A program made the translations under genes and the position numbers. From positions 32,001 to 96,000 of the IMG/VR virus record IMGVR_UViG_3300025133_008097: 64,000 nucleotides of DNA; one strand, 5' to 3'. The notes under the pieces are model-generated. The model was not told where the DNA came from and made no database searches. It saw only the letters and a program-made list of their open reading frames with translations. Of the stretch, positions 45,757 through 54,720 are shown piece after piece (position 1 is the stretch's first letter; every line of letters starts with the position of its first letter). The DNA comes from a virus.

Positions 45757-46275
45757 ATGGCAACAGTATATGAAATCATACAGGGAATCAATCAGGCGGC
45801 AGCAAATGCCTATGATGGGTCCGAAGCCGAAGTCGGCCTACAGCGAGAGAAAGGCGACCCCATCCTAGACCGCCGCGTAATGGATGGCTTCACCGTACGG
45901 TTCATTGGGCCTATCCTGCGAATCTCTTACCAATCAGAAGTCCGACTCCGGGATGTGAAAGAAAAGGGATTTGAGAACGATATCCTTGCACACCTAAAAG
46001 ATATTGTTAAGTTTCTTAAAAAAGAGTATAAAGCTATCACCGGGAATGCCCTTACTTTAACTAAAGAAGGGGAGCACAACATTCTAGTCCAGCGTATGTC
46101 TAACTATCGCACAGATGTCCAGGCCCAGTGTGATTATCGCATCGGTGGCCTCACCGACACAGATGAGGTGAAAGCTGGCGATAAAGATAAGAAGCTCGAC
46201 ACCGCAATCAAGGATTGGTTGTCCCTCGGCCCTAAAGGTAAGCGACCCAGTAACGATACTCGTAAAGGAAAGTAA
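45757..46275 (+). CDS. hypothetical protein immediately upstream of TerL
   Basis: 172-aa ORF with GAGGAG RBS; no family recognised. Confidence 0.7.
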   Translation: MATVYEIIQGINQAAANAYDGSEAEVGLQREKGDPILDRRVMDGFTVRFIGPILRISYQSEVRLRDVKEKGFENDILAHLKDIVKFLKKEYKAITGNALTLTKEGEHNILVQRMSNYRTDVQAQCDYRIGGLTDTDEVKAGDKDKKLDTAIKDWLSLGPKGKRPSNDTRKGK

Positions 46276-46283
46276 GGGGTGCC

Positions 46284-47870
46284 ATGGCTAATGCCCTTAC
46301 AAAAGAGGAGATATTAAAAGAAGTTGTAAAATCGGGCAAAAACCCAGTACATTTTACGACCAACTATTGTCGCATCTCTCACCCTCAAAGGGGCCTCATT
46401 CCGTTTAAGGCTTTTGACTATCAGCAGCAGCTCCTTACAGATTATAATGATTATCGCTTTAACGTCATCCTTAAAGCACGCCAATTAGGAATCTCTACCA
46501 TCACAGCTGCCTATGTTGGGTGGCTGATGCTTTTTCACCGTGACAAGAACATCTTAGTTGTGGCCACGAAGCTTCAAACTGCGACAAACTTGGTGCGCAA
46601 AGTTAAAGCCATTATTAAGAACTTACCAGATTGGCTGCAAATCTCTCCGATTATGGTAGATAATCGAACTTCTTTCGAACTAAACAATGGATCTCAAATT
46701 AAGGCAGCCTCCACCTCCGGGGATGTGGGTCGCTCAGAAGCACTCTCTTTGTTGGTTATAGACGAGGCCGCCCATGTTGAAAAACTAGGAGAATTGTGGA
46801 CCGCTCTCTACCCTACCCTGTCCACGGGCGGTCGTTGTATCGCCCTCTCTACTCCCAATGGCGTTGGCAACTGGTTTCATCAAACTTGTGTTGAAGCTGA
46901 GAGCGGCACCAATGATTTCTTTATGACCACTTTAATGTGGGACGTACACCCTGATCGTGATAAGACCTGGTTTGAAAAAGAGACCATGAATATGTCGCGA
47001 CGCCAGATAGCTCAGGAGCTTGAGTGCAATTTCAATGTGTCGGGCGAAACGGTGATACACCCAGATGATCTCCATTGGTATATGGAGCGCGCCACGGCAC
47101 CCGAATATCGGACAGGGTTTGATCGCAACTATTGGATTTGGAAACGATTCGACCCAGAAAAGCCGCACCTCATCGTCGCCGATGTCGCTCGGGGTGATGG
47201 GAAGGATAATAGCGCATTTCATATTTTTGAACTGGAGTCGATGGAAATAGTGGCCGAATATATTGGGAAGCCCACCCCTGATGATTTTGCCGACATTCTT
47301 TATAATGTGGGCGGTGAGTATGGGAATCCGATGTTAGTAATAGAAAACAACAATATTGGATATGCAGTACTTAAAAAGTTATTAGATAAAGGGTATCCTA
47401 ATCTATACCATTCTAGTAAGGGAGATCACCAATACGTCGATCCAATAACAGCTCAATGGCACTCAAGCGCCATTCCGGGCTTTACAACTTCCTCGAAAAC
47501 GCGACCCCTCATCGTTGCCAAGATGGAAGAGTTTATGAGAAACAAACTAATTAAGATTAATTCGAATCGTCTTTTGTCGGAAATGAAAACTTTTATTTGG
47601 CACAATGGGCGGCCAGAAGCAATGAGGAGTTATAACGACGATCTAGTTATGTCATTTGCAATCGGTTGTTGGGTGAGAGATACAGTAATTGTGGAGAGTC
47701 AGAGAAGTGTTGAATATAGCAAACAGTTTTTGTCTTCGATATCTACATCGGACACACAGATTTCTACAACCATTCCCGGTATGAAGGGGCATAAAACAAT
47801 AAAAGAAAAGGATAGGGCTGCTCACGCGAATATATTCAATGAGCAATATATAGCCCTTATTAAAGGATAA
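46284..47870 (+). CDS. terL: terminase large subunit (T4 gp17-like)
   Basis: Walker A KARQLGIST, Walker B LLVIDEAA, coupling motif ALSTPNG, nuclease DVARGDGKDNS and DDLVMSFAI. Confidence 0.97.
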   Translation: MANALTKEEILKEVVKSGKNPVHFTTNYCRISHPQRGLIPFKAFDYQQQLLTDYNDYRFNVILKARQLGISTITAAYVGWLMLFHRDKNILVVATKLQTATNLVRKVKAIIKNLPDWLQISPIMVDNRTSFELNNGSQIKAASTSGDVGRSEALSLLVIDEAAHVEKLGELWTALYPTLSTGGRCIALSTPNGVGNWFHQTCVEAESGTNDFFMTTLMWDVHPDRDKTWFEKETMNMSRRQIAQELECNFNVSGETVIHPDDLHWYMERATAPEYRTGFDRNYWIWKRFDPEKPHLIVADVARGDGKDNSAFHIFELESMEIVAEYIGKPTPDDFADILYNVGGEYGNPMLVIENNNIGYAVLKKLLDKGYPNLYHSSKGDHQYVDPITAQWHSSAIPGFTTSSKTRPLIVAKMEEFMRNKLIKINSNRLLSEMKTFIWHNGRPEAMRSYNDDLVMSFAIGCWVRDTVIVESQRSVEYSKQFLSSISTSDTQISTTIPGMKGHKTIKEKDRAAHANIFNEQYIALIKG

Positions 47871-47873
47871 CCC

Positions 47874-49835
47874 ATGGCAGGCAAAAACGGAAGTAACCCG
47901 AGAAATCCAGATTCTCCATTATTTAAGAGATTAACTAGATTATTCTCGGGCCCCATTGTAAACTATCGAGCTCAAATCGCTCGACAAGAACGCCGTAATG
48001 ATTTAGATAAGTATCGATATCGTTTCCGTTCACTGAGCGGTCAAGAGTTCAAGCGCGCCACAGACAATCTTTCCAAGAATTATAATCTCTTGTCATCGCA
48101 TGCGATGCGCAACCAGAACCGCGGGGAGAGATACCAAGACTTTGATCAGATGGAGTATATGCCAGAGATCGCTTCAGCAATGGATATCTATGCCGACGAG
48201 ATGACGACGTCTAATGAGTTTGACCAGCTTCTTACAATAGACTGTCTTAATCTTGAAATTAAGACCATTTTAGAAACTCTTTTTTATGATGCATTAAACA
48301 TCGAGTTTAATGCTTTTGGTTGGGCCCGCTCAATGGTTAAGTTTGGAGATTTCTTTTTATATTTGGATGTCGACGAGCAGATCGGCGTCAAATCAGTTAT
48401 CGGATTACCCAGTTCTGAATTAGAGAGACTAGAAGGACAGGACCCGACAAATCCAAATTATGTACAGTTCCAGTGGAACGGCGCTGGTATGACCTTTGAA
48501 GATTGGCAGGTCGCTCATTTTCGTATTTTAGGTAATGATAAGTATAGTCCTTATGGGACATCAGTCCTGGACTCCGCCCGCCGCATCTGGCGCCAGCTTG
48601 TGTTAATTGAGGATGCCATGATAGCATACCGCGTAGTGCGTGCCCCCGAACGTCGGGTCTTTAAGATTGACGTAGGAAATATTCCACCGCAGGATGTCCC
48701 CCAATACATGGAGAAGGTGAAGACCGAGATGAAGCGTAACCAAATGGTGAACGCTTCTACTGGTCGCGTAGATTTGCGTTACAATCCTCTATCTCTAGAA
48801 GAGGACTATTTCATTCCGATGCGGGGCGGGGTGGGCTCCGATATTACTTCGCTACCTGGCGCCAAATCTTTGGATGATATTGAGGATGTTAAGTATTTGA
48901 GAGACAAGCTGTTCGCAGCCCTTAAGGTGCCGCAGTCTTACCTCACCAACCTAGACGGAGACAACGAAGACAAAACTACGTTAGCTCAAAAGGACATTCG
49001 GTTTGCCCGAACCATCCAGCGCCTTCAGAGAGCCCTGATTTCTGAACTAGAAAAAATCGCAGTTGTTCATCTTTATACTATTGGCTTCCGGGGCGAGGAC
49101 CTGGTGAGTTTTAAATTAGCTCTCAACAATCCCTCCCGGCTTGCGGAATTACAGCAACTGGAGTATATGCGTACCAAGTTTGATATTGCAAACTCGGTTC
49201 CCGAAGGGGTCTATAGCAAGCGTTGGCTTTCCAAAAACATTTTGGGAATGTCGGACGAAGAATTCTTGCGCAATCAACGAGAGTCCTTTTATGATAAGAA
49301 ATATCAGCAAGCTCTCGAAGGAGTACAAGAACAAGCGGCCGCAGACGAGATGGGCGGGGGTCTAGGCGGCGATCTTGGAGGCGACCTCGGAGGAGACCTC
49401 GGAGGAGATCTCGGTGGCGAAGACCTTGGAGGCGCCGCAGGAGGCGAAGAAGGGGGCGCCGAAGGAGGTGAAGACTCTGCACTTCTGACAGCTCCTGCTC
49501 GCCGCGAGGATCGACCTGGCCCGGCCCAAGATAGAATCTCGCGCCGACCAGACGGCCGTCGCGCTGGCGGCCCTTCGCGTCGCCATCTTCGAAGTCTTGT
49601 GGCCCCCGAAGTTCCCACTGGTCGAGCAGAGAAACGACGCGTCGGCCATTCCATTGGTCGCGTTGGTGTACCCGATCTTCGAGCCTTAGTTAGTCTACAA
49701 GAGAATGATGCATCTATTTATACTAAGGACGAGGCAGTATTAATGGAAAGTACCACCAACATCCAGCGACTTATAGCTCAACTGGAGAGCAAAGAGAAAG
49801 AGGCGGAACAGGATGAAACACAACAAGAAACGTAA
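47874..49835 (+). CDS. portal protein (T4 gp20-like)
   Basis: EDAMIAYRVVRAPERRVFKIDVGNIP...YNPLSLEEDYFIP.RGG...DVKYLRDKLFAALKVP matches the gp20 core; follows TerL. Confidence 0.96.
   Translation: MAGKNGSNPRNPDSPLFKRLTRLFSGPIVNYRAQIARQERRNDLDKYRYRFRSLSGQEFKRATDNLSKNYNLLSSHAMRNQNRGERYQDFDQMEYMPEIASAMDIYADEMTTSNEFDQLLTIDCLNLEIKTILETLFYDALNIEFNAFGWARSMVKFGDFFLYLDVDEQIGVKSVIGLPSSELERLEGQDPTNPNYVQFQWNGAGMTFEDWQVAHFRILGNDKYSPYGTSVLDSARRIWRQLVLIEDAMIAYRVVRAPERRVFKIDVGNIPPQDVPQYMEKVKTEMKRNQMVNASTGRVDLRYNPLSLEEDYFIPMRGGVGSDITSLPGAKSLDDIEDVKYLRDKLFAALKVPQSYLTNLDGDNEDKTTLAQKDIRFARTIQRLQRALISELEKIAVVHLYTIGFRGEDLVSFKLALNNPSRLAELQQLEYMRTKFDIANSVPEGVYSKRWLSKNILGMSDEEFLRNQRESFYDKKYQQALEGVQEQAAADEMGGGLGGDLGGDLGGDLGGDLGGEDLGGAAGGEEGGAEGGEDSALLTAPARREDRPGPAQDRISRRPDGRRAGGPSRRHLRSLVAPEVPTGRAEKRRVGHSIGRVGVPDLRALVSLQENDASIYTKDEAVLMESTTNIQRLIAQLESKEKEAEQDETQQET
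49353..49433 (+). repeat. GGDL tetrapeptide tandem repeat in portal C-terminal extension
   Basis: Encodes GGGL-(GGDL)x4-GGEDL-GG with synonymous variation between units. Confidence 0.9.
49713..49720 (+). promoter_or_regulatory. putative late promoter motif TCTATTTA
   Basis: Inside the portal 3' end, 92 nt upstream of the ATG at 49813. Confidence 0.35.
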
Positions 49836-50625
49836 TACTGCATTTATTTATGAAGCTCTTGTTAAAGAGTTTACAAAGGCGGTGCTAGAGACCAATCTTC
49901 CCCGTAAAGATATAGCCATGGCAATTCTTAAGGAACATTTTTCGAAGGGCACTCTTTTGGCTGAAGAACTGCAGTTGTACCAGACTTTACTCGAAACTAA
50001 AAATGTGAAGAGTGATTTGGCGGAGCGTCTTCTTAGTGAGACCCGGGCCGCACGAAAGGCTCTCAACGAGGCAACCCTTTTTGATGCTCAGTCTAAAGTG
50101 ATTGCTGCAATTAATAAAAATCTAGGCTCTGAAGTTTGGGCAAATTTTGTTCCCAACTTTAAAACCTTGGCGTCTATTAGTTCGATTTTTAATACCAAAG
50201 CTACCGTTAAACAGAAGGTATTGTTTGAACAAGCACTTATAGATCGTATGACGCGCCGCCATGAACCCCACACAGAAGATCTGAAATCGATAGATAATTT
50301 GACTTATCGATCCTTTATTAAAAAATTTAATAATAAATATAGTGGACTTTTAGAGGAACAAAAAGATTTTCTTAATAGATATATTACCTCATTCGCGGAT
50401 GAGGGGTTTGAGCTGCGTGTCTATCTCAACGAGGAAATTGCAAGACTTAAAAGTCTAATTAGTAAAACGGTTGAGGATAGCACTGCTGATACGCTCATTC
50501 GCGAAAAGTCACAAAGTGTGGTGACGTATTTAGAAAATATTAGAAAGCGCGAGTTTGTGCCGGATGATATTACTAAGCTGCTGAAGACTCAGGCCTTGGC
50601 AAAGGAACTGGTAAACAATGATTAA
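49813..50625 (+). CDS. hypothetical head-module protein (helical)
   Basis: 270-aa ORF overlapping the portal end, with GAGGCGG RBS; basic N-terminus MKHNKKRNT. Confidence 0.75.
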   Translation: MKHNKKRNTAFIYEALVKEFTKAVLETNLPRKDIAMAILKEHFSKGTLLAEELQLYQTLLETKNVKSDLAERLLSETRAARKALNEATLFDAQSKVIAAINKNLGSEVWANFVPNFKTLASISSIFNTKATVKQKVLFEQALIDRMTRRHEPHTEDLKSIDNLTYRSFIKKFNNKYSGLLEEQKDFLNRYITSFADEGFELRVYLNEEIARLKSLISKTVEDSTADTLIREKSQSVVTYLENIRKREFVPDDITKLLKTQALAKELVNND

Positions 50626-51124
50626 GATCAAGGTCGGCGGCCCCCAAGCAACAGTTGAACTCAACGCGCGAAAGGCGCTGGATGGGTCGCTGCTGGTTAT
50701 GGATCATAAAAAGATTGATATCGCCGTTATACCAGAAAAGATGAAAGTAGTCACCTTCCCTAAGACCACGGCTACGGAAGATGTGTATGATTACCAAAAT
50801 CGCCTACTGGAATTGTTGGCCGACAAAGGAATTATCGATCGCGGAAGCATTCAGGGGGGGAATGTATTTCGATCCCTTGAGGGGGCTGTATTTCCTAATG
50901 AAGAGGTTAACTCATTGCAGGCCGCAGTTTATGTGATTGCGGAATTCATCAATTATGAAGCCAGTATCGAGAAGGTAGCAGATCAGTACGAGCAAGAACT
51001 CGAAGATATGTACACCCATCCGTCCGACCGAGATTCGACGGAGTACGGCGAAGTCCCGCAATATGCGGAGAAAGGGTCTATGCGTCCTGGGTATTATTAC
51101 TATCCGTTACGCTACCGATATTAA
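50618..51124 (+). CDS. hypothetical head-module protein
   Basis: 168-aa ORF overlapping the upstream stop; Tyr-rich C-terminus. Confidence 0.7.
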   Translation: MIKIKVGGPQATVELNARKALDGSLLVMDHKKIDIAVIPEKMKVVTFPKTTATEDVYDYQNRLLELLADKGIIDRGSIQGGNVFRSLEGAVFPNEEVNSLQAAVYVIAEFINYEASIEKVADQYEQELEDMYTHPSDRDSTEYGEVPQYAEKGSMRPGYYYYPLRYRY

Positions 51125-51445
51125 ATGGAATTAATACATTTTATACTTGCCGCTTACGGCATGACATTCATCCTTATACACGGACATATCTTTAATAAGA
51201 TCCGGCCACCTTGCAAATCGATGTGGGGCTTCGGCCGTTTGTTCCATTGTCATTTGTGTATGGGATTCTGGGTTGGAGTGTTTCTTTGGGGCGTAAGTCC
51301 ATATACAGAACTATTTAGTTTTAGCAATCAGCCCATGACAGCATTCATGTGCGGTTGCATTAGTGCTGGAACATCATACTTCTTAAGTATGTTGGTCGAG
51401 GACTACGGGATCCGAGTGGTCCATAAAGGAGGTGAGCAATCATGA
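51125..51445 (+). CDS. small membrane protein, DUF1360-like
   Basis: Three hydrophobic segments with LFHCHLCMGFWVG, matching the L..CxxC.G.W pattern of DUF1360. Confidence 0.55.
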   Translation: MELIHFILAAYGMTFILIHGHIFNKIRPPCKSMWGFGRLFHCHLCMGFWVGVFLWGVSPYTELFSFSNQPMTAFMCGCISAGTSYFLSMLVEDYGIRVVHKGGEQS

Positions 51446-51492
51446 AAAAATGGATGATCCAACCAGTTCGACGTTGCTGCTCCGGCAGTTGA
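51442..51492 (+). CDS. 16-aa peptide MKKWMIQPVRRCCSGS (not in ORF track)
   Basis: TAAAGGAGGTGA (51424-51435), a near-full anti-SD complement, lies 6 nt before the ATG; ATGA overlap with the upstream stop. Confidence 0.6.
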   Translation: MKKWMIQPVRRCCSGS

Positions 51493-51513
51493 CTACTTTA
51501 AAGGAATAATATA

Positions 51514-52266
51514 ATGGCACGCAGAAAAAATGTAAAACGAATAGACCCAAGATACTTCTTGCACGAGACAGTTAATCGTGAGGAAGAACCCTTAGAGGAG
51601 TTTTTGGGCTTCTCGAAGAAAGAGAAGCTCGCGAAGAAGGTTAAGAAAATCCTTGCGATGATCGACAAGGCCGGGGGAAAGTACAACAACCGGCCAGTCC
51701 ACGACTTCATCAAAGAACCTTTTGCTATAGCTATAGCCAAGGGCGCCAATCCGCGCACCGCAAAGATGAGCTACCCGGAGGCTCTGGATGCCTTCGACCT
51801 TGAGCAAGAAGAACTTCAAGCTTTGAAACAAGTTTATGTGGACGAAGTGGGGGCAGCGAAAGAGCGAGAGGCAGCGCGCGCCAAGGACAAGCGTATGTCT
51901 GCCCAAAGAGACCAGCGAAATATCGATGCAATCAGTCAGCGAGACAAGGACGCCCGGGCCACAGCACAAGGCGCCGAAGACCTTAAAGATGTCTTCAGAA
52001 GTTTTGACAGGGCTCGCGGTTCACTCAAAAAGAATATGAAATCGGGTCAGCCCGGTCTTGCCAAAGAGCTTTTAAGAAATGCAGAGATGGTTCAGAAGTA
52101 CGCTCAGGGTCGCGACAAGCAGGAGCTTGCCAAGGTAATGCAGGCTCTGGAGAAGTTTGCCGGCGAGGCTGGGATTGAACAACGCCACCGCGATCGTCCG
52201 AGCACTTCTAGAACGGGCGGCTATGGTTCCTCAGCCACCGACAAGTATCGGTGGCATAAGGAATAA
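51514..52266 (+). CDS. hypothetical charged helical protein (possible capsid-internal protein)
   Basis: AAGGA RBS; leader MARRKNVKRIDPRYFLHE followed by PLEE; K/E/A-rich. Confidence 0.7.
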   Translation: MARRKNVKRIDPRYFLHETVNREEEPLEEFLGFSKKEKLAKKVKKILAMIDKAGGKYNNRPVHDFIKEPFAIAIAKGANPRTAKMSYPEALDAFDLEQEELQALKQVYVDEVGAAKEREAARAKDKRMSAQRDQRNIDAISQRDKDARATAQGAEDLKDVFRSFDRARGSLKKNMKSGQPGLAKELLRNAEMVQKYAQGRDKQELAKVMQALEKFAGEAGIEQRHRDRPSTSRTGGYGSSATDKYRWHKE

Positions 52267-52269
52267 ACA

Positions 52270-52875
52270 GTGGCACAACTCCTACGAGAATACTATGAAC
52301 TATGCGAAGGCGGTATCTGTCAGGATCTGCTGACGGAAGCCGAAAAGCGTTTCGTCAAAGAAGGCGGAATGATGCTCACCGGCAAACTTCAGGAGTGTGA
52401 TGTTCAGAACGGTAACGGTCGAGTATACCCGGCGCCGATTCTCACTCGGGAAGTGAAGAAGTATGCGGGGATAGTGCAAGACAATCGGGCCCTAGGAGAA
52501 CTAGATCATCCTGAGTCTTCTATTATTAACCTCACCAACGTTTCTCACATGATGACGGAAGTTTGGATGGACGGCCCGAGCGTGATGGGGAAGGCTAAAG
52601 TTCTCAATACACCATCAGGTCAGATACTCCGTTCTCTGGTGGAGTCAGGCGTTAAGATCGGAATCTCTTCTCGTGGTATGGGCTCGGTTACTGAACAGCA
52701 GGGCAAAACGATGGTAGAGGATGACTTTCAATTGATCTGTTTTGATATTGTATCAGAACCGTCGACGCCCAACGCCTTTATGGGACTTTCTGAAAGTAAG
52801 TTAATGAATGAAAATGTGGCGCGCAACAACCGGATCGTAGCGCTACTCAACGATATTATTGGAGAAGGGTCATGA
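52270..52875 (+). CDS. prohead core protease (T4 gp21-like)
   Basis: GTG start; QNGNGRVY, ALGELDHP (His), KIGISSRGMGS (Ser) and FDIVSEPSTPNA motifs of the gp21 family. Confidence 0.95.
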   Translation: MAQLLREYYELCEGGICQDLLTEAEKRFVKEGGMMLTGKLQECDVQNGNGRVYPAPILTREVKKYAGIVQDNRALGELDHPESSIINLTNVSHMMTEVWMDGPSVMGKAKVLNTPSGQILRSLVESGVKIGISSRGMGSVTEQQGKTMVEDDFQLICFDIVSEPSTPNAFMGLSESKLMNENVARNNRIVALLNDIIGEGS

Positions 52876-54023
52876 TGACTGAAGAAGAGATTGCAGTTTT
52901 TGAGGGGAAGATAGCGAATTGGTTTTCGGGAGCTTTTAGTCAAGGCCGCCGCAAAGGATCACCCCCGGCAATGCCTAAGGCTTCCGGCGGAGCACCCTCT
53001 CCCACGACACCAGATCCCGATCCGGGCCCCGGCCCGGGCACTGATCCAGGTCCAGACCCCGACCCCGGGCCAGAGCCCGGGCCAGAGCCCGGGACCACCG
53101 AATTAAGTAAAGATGCTCCTCTTTCTATAACTAAGCGCCAGCCGCAACTTCGCGTGGGCCCCGGTAATAACCCCCAACAACAAGCTGCCGGCGGACAAAA
53201 AGAGGCGCCCCTGGTGATGCAGCTGCAAAAGCTTGGCCTATCACAGCCCGTCGCCCAGCAGCTTGCTAAGACAATAGCGCAGTACTTTAAGCGGCGCACT
53301 GATATATCAGTTCCTGTCGCTGAAGAAATTGCGGCTTTGATGATGCCGGTGCTGGTGGAGCAGTTAGTTAAGGGTCTCATGAATGAGGCGCGCCCCGAAT
53401 ATCGAAAGCGATTTGACAGCTCTTTAAGAGGAATCAAAGCCGCTAAAGCAAGACTTACGAAGGCGGAGAAAGAACATGAGGCCTCAGCAGACAAACGCTT
53501 TACTCGTGATGAACTTCGTGCCGCTAAAGCTAATTTTGAAACGGCCGCGGCAGGATATGAGGCTATTGAGAAAGATTTAGAGGGACTTAAGCACTCCGAA
53601 AAAGGCGCCAAAGCTGCAAAAGCTTTGGACAAGCAGCGTCAAGGCGCACGCATTCGTGGGATGGGTGGCAAGGATACTGGCCATGCGGGTTCATCTCGGG
53701 CTAAAGGTATCATCGACAAAATTCTCACCCGTTTCGTTGCGGACAACCAGCAGCTTCTGGCGAAGGATGAAAAACTACAGGCCATTTTCTCGGGTGACGA
53801 CGATGGTCGCGCACTCAATGCGTTGCGCAAATCTATCATTAATTTGCTTCGACGTCAAATGAAGCGCCGCGGCTACGATGCCGCTGAGATTAAAAAGTTA
53901 GTAAACGAATCTGTTTTAATGGTGGGCAGGTTTATACTAGAAGAGATGACAACTAACGAAAAAATCCGAATGCTGGAAGAGAATCGACTAAATCGATGGA
54001 AAGTATTATCAGGCATTAAATGA
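52872..54023 (+). CDS. hypothetical protein with Pro-rich (PD/PG/PE) linker
   Basis: ATGA-coupled to the protease; PDPDPGPGPGTDPGPDPDPGPEPGPEPG tract; ends LEENRLNRWKVLSGIK. Confidence 0.7.
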   Translation: MMTEEEIAVFEGKIANWFSGAFSQGRRKGSPPAMPKASGGAPSPTTPDPDPGPGPGTDPGPDPDPGPEPGPEPGTTELSKDAPLSITKRQPQLRVGPGNNPQQQAAGGQKEAPLVMQLQKLGLSQPVAQQLAKTIAQYFKRRTDISVPVAEEIAALMMPVLVEQLVKGLMNEARPEYRKRFDSSLRGIKAAKARLTKAEKEHEASADKRFTRDELRAAKANFETAAAGYEAIEKDLEGLKHSEKGAKAAKALDKQRQGARIRGMGGKDTGHAGSSRAKGIIDKILTRFVADNQQLLAKDEKLQAIFSGDDDGRALNALRKSIINLLRRQMKRRGYDAAEIKKLVNESVLMVGRFILEEMTTNEKIRMLEENRLNRWKVLSGIK

Positions 54024-54454
54024 AAAAATCAGACCTAAAAAGAATCCTCAAGCCTCTTATTCGAGAGTGTGTAAAAGAGGTGATTTTGGATGAGGGAGTT
54101 CTTGCCGGAGTAATTTCAGAGGTGGCCGTGGGCCTAACTGCCACCCACTCAACTGCCCCACCCATTGTGGAACAGGCAGACCCGGTCCGGGAGCGACTGC
54201 AGCAGAATGCTTTTTCCAACAAACAGAATAGCACATTAAAACAGCAAAAACAGCAGTTAATGCAAGCGGTGGGAAGGCAAGCCTATAACGGCGTCGATCT
54301 CTTTGAGGGGACCACCCCGGCTCCTGCGCAGGGAAGTGTGACTCAGCCCGGAGGGGACCCTTCGCATGCGGGGGTAGATATTAGCAGCTTGTTTGGGTCA
54401 GTCGGAAAAAATTGGAATGCTCACATGGACAATGTGAAGGAAGATACACAATAG
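54020..54454 (+). CDS. hypothetical protein with leader-like N-terminus MKKSDLKRILKPLIRECVKEVILDE
   Basis: ATGA-coupled; amphipathic N-terminal helix related to the conserved leader. Confidence 0.7.
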   Translation: MKKSDLKRILKPLIRECVKEVILDEGVLAGVISEVAVGLTATHSTAPPIVEQADPVRERLQQNAFSNKQNSTLKQQKQQLMQAVGRQAYNGVDLFEGTTPAPAQGSVTQPGGDPSHAGVDISSLFGSVGKNWNAHMDNVKEDTQ

Positions 54455-54458
54455 AATT

Positions 54459-54680
54459 ATGGCCACCAATGTTAGCGTCCAACAGCGACGCAATGAAACA
54501 TCTGAGCGATTAATCAGGCGATTTATTAAAAAAGTTAAAAACGAGAAGATTCTCGAAACCTATCGGGATCGAACAGCTCACTATATTAAACCATCAGTTA
54601 AGCGAAAGCTGAAACAGAAGAAGGCCCGGAAGGCTCAGGAGAAGCTCGAAAGGCGTAAACAACAAAAAATGTTTCGTTAA
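54459..54680 (+). CDS. rpsU: phage-encoded 30S ribosomal protein bS21
   Basis: 73 aa, very basic. V.V..R.NETSERLIRRFIKKVKNEKILETYRDR...YIKPSVKRK matches the bS21 pattern (V..ENE..E.ALRRFK+.....G+L.E.+.R..YEKPS..R+). Confidence 0.88.
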   Translation: MATNVSVQQRRNETSERLIRRFIKKVKNEKILETYRDRTAHYIKPSVKRKLKQKKARKAQEKLERRKQQKMFR

Positions 54681-54694
54681 AGGGCGGCCCTACG

Positions 54695-54702
54695 ACTAAT
54701 TA
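54695..54702 (+). promoter_or_regulatory. putative late promoter motif ACTAATTA
   Basis: Intergenic, 18 nt upstream of the ATG at 54721. Confidence 0.55.
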
Positions 54703-54720
54703 ATTACGGAGAGATTTATA

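Noticed and set aside
46284-47870. Intein or intron in TerL, portal or primase
   Set aside because: Lengths and motif spacing are normal; no splice-junction or homing endonuclease motifs seen.
54681-54691. AGGGCGGCCCT mini-hairpin after bS21
   Set aside because: Only a 4-bp stem and no U-tract.
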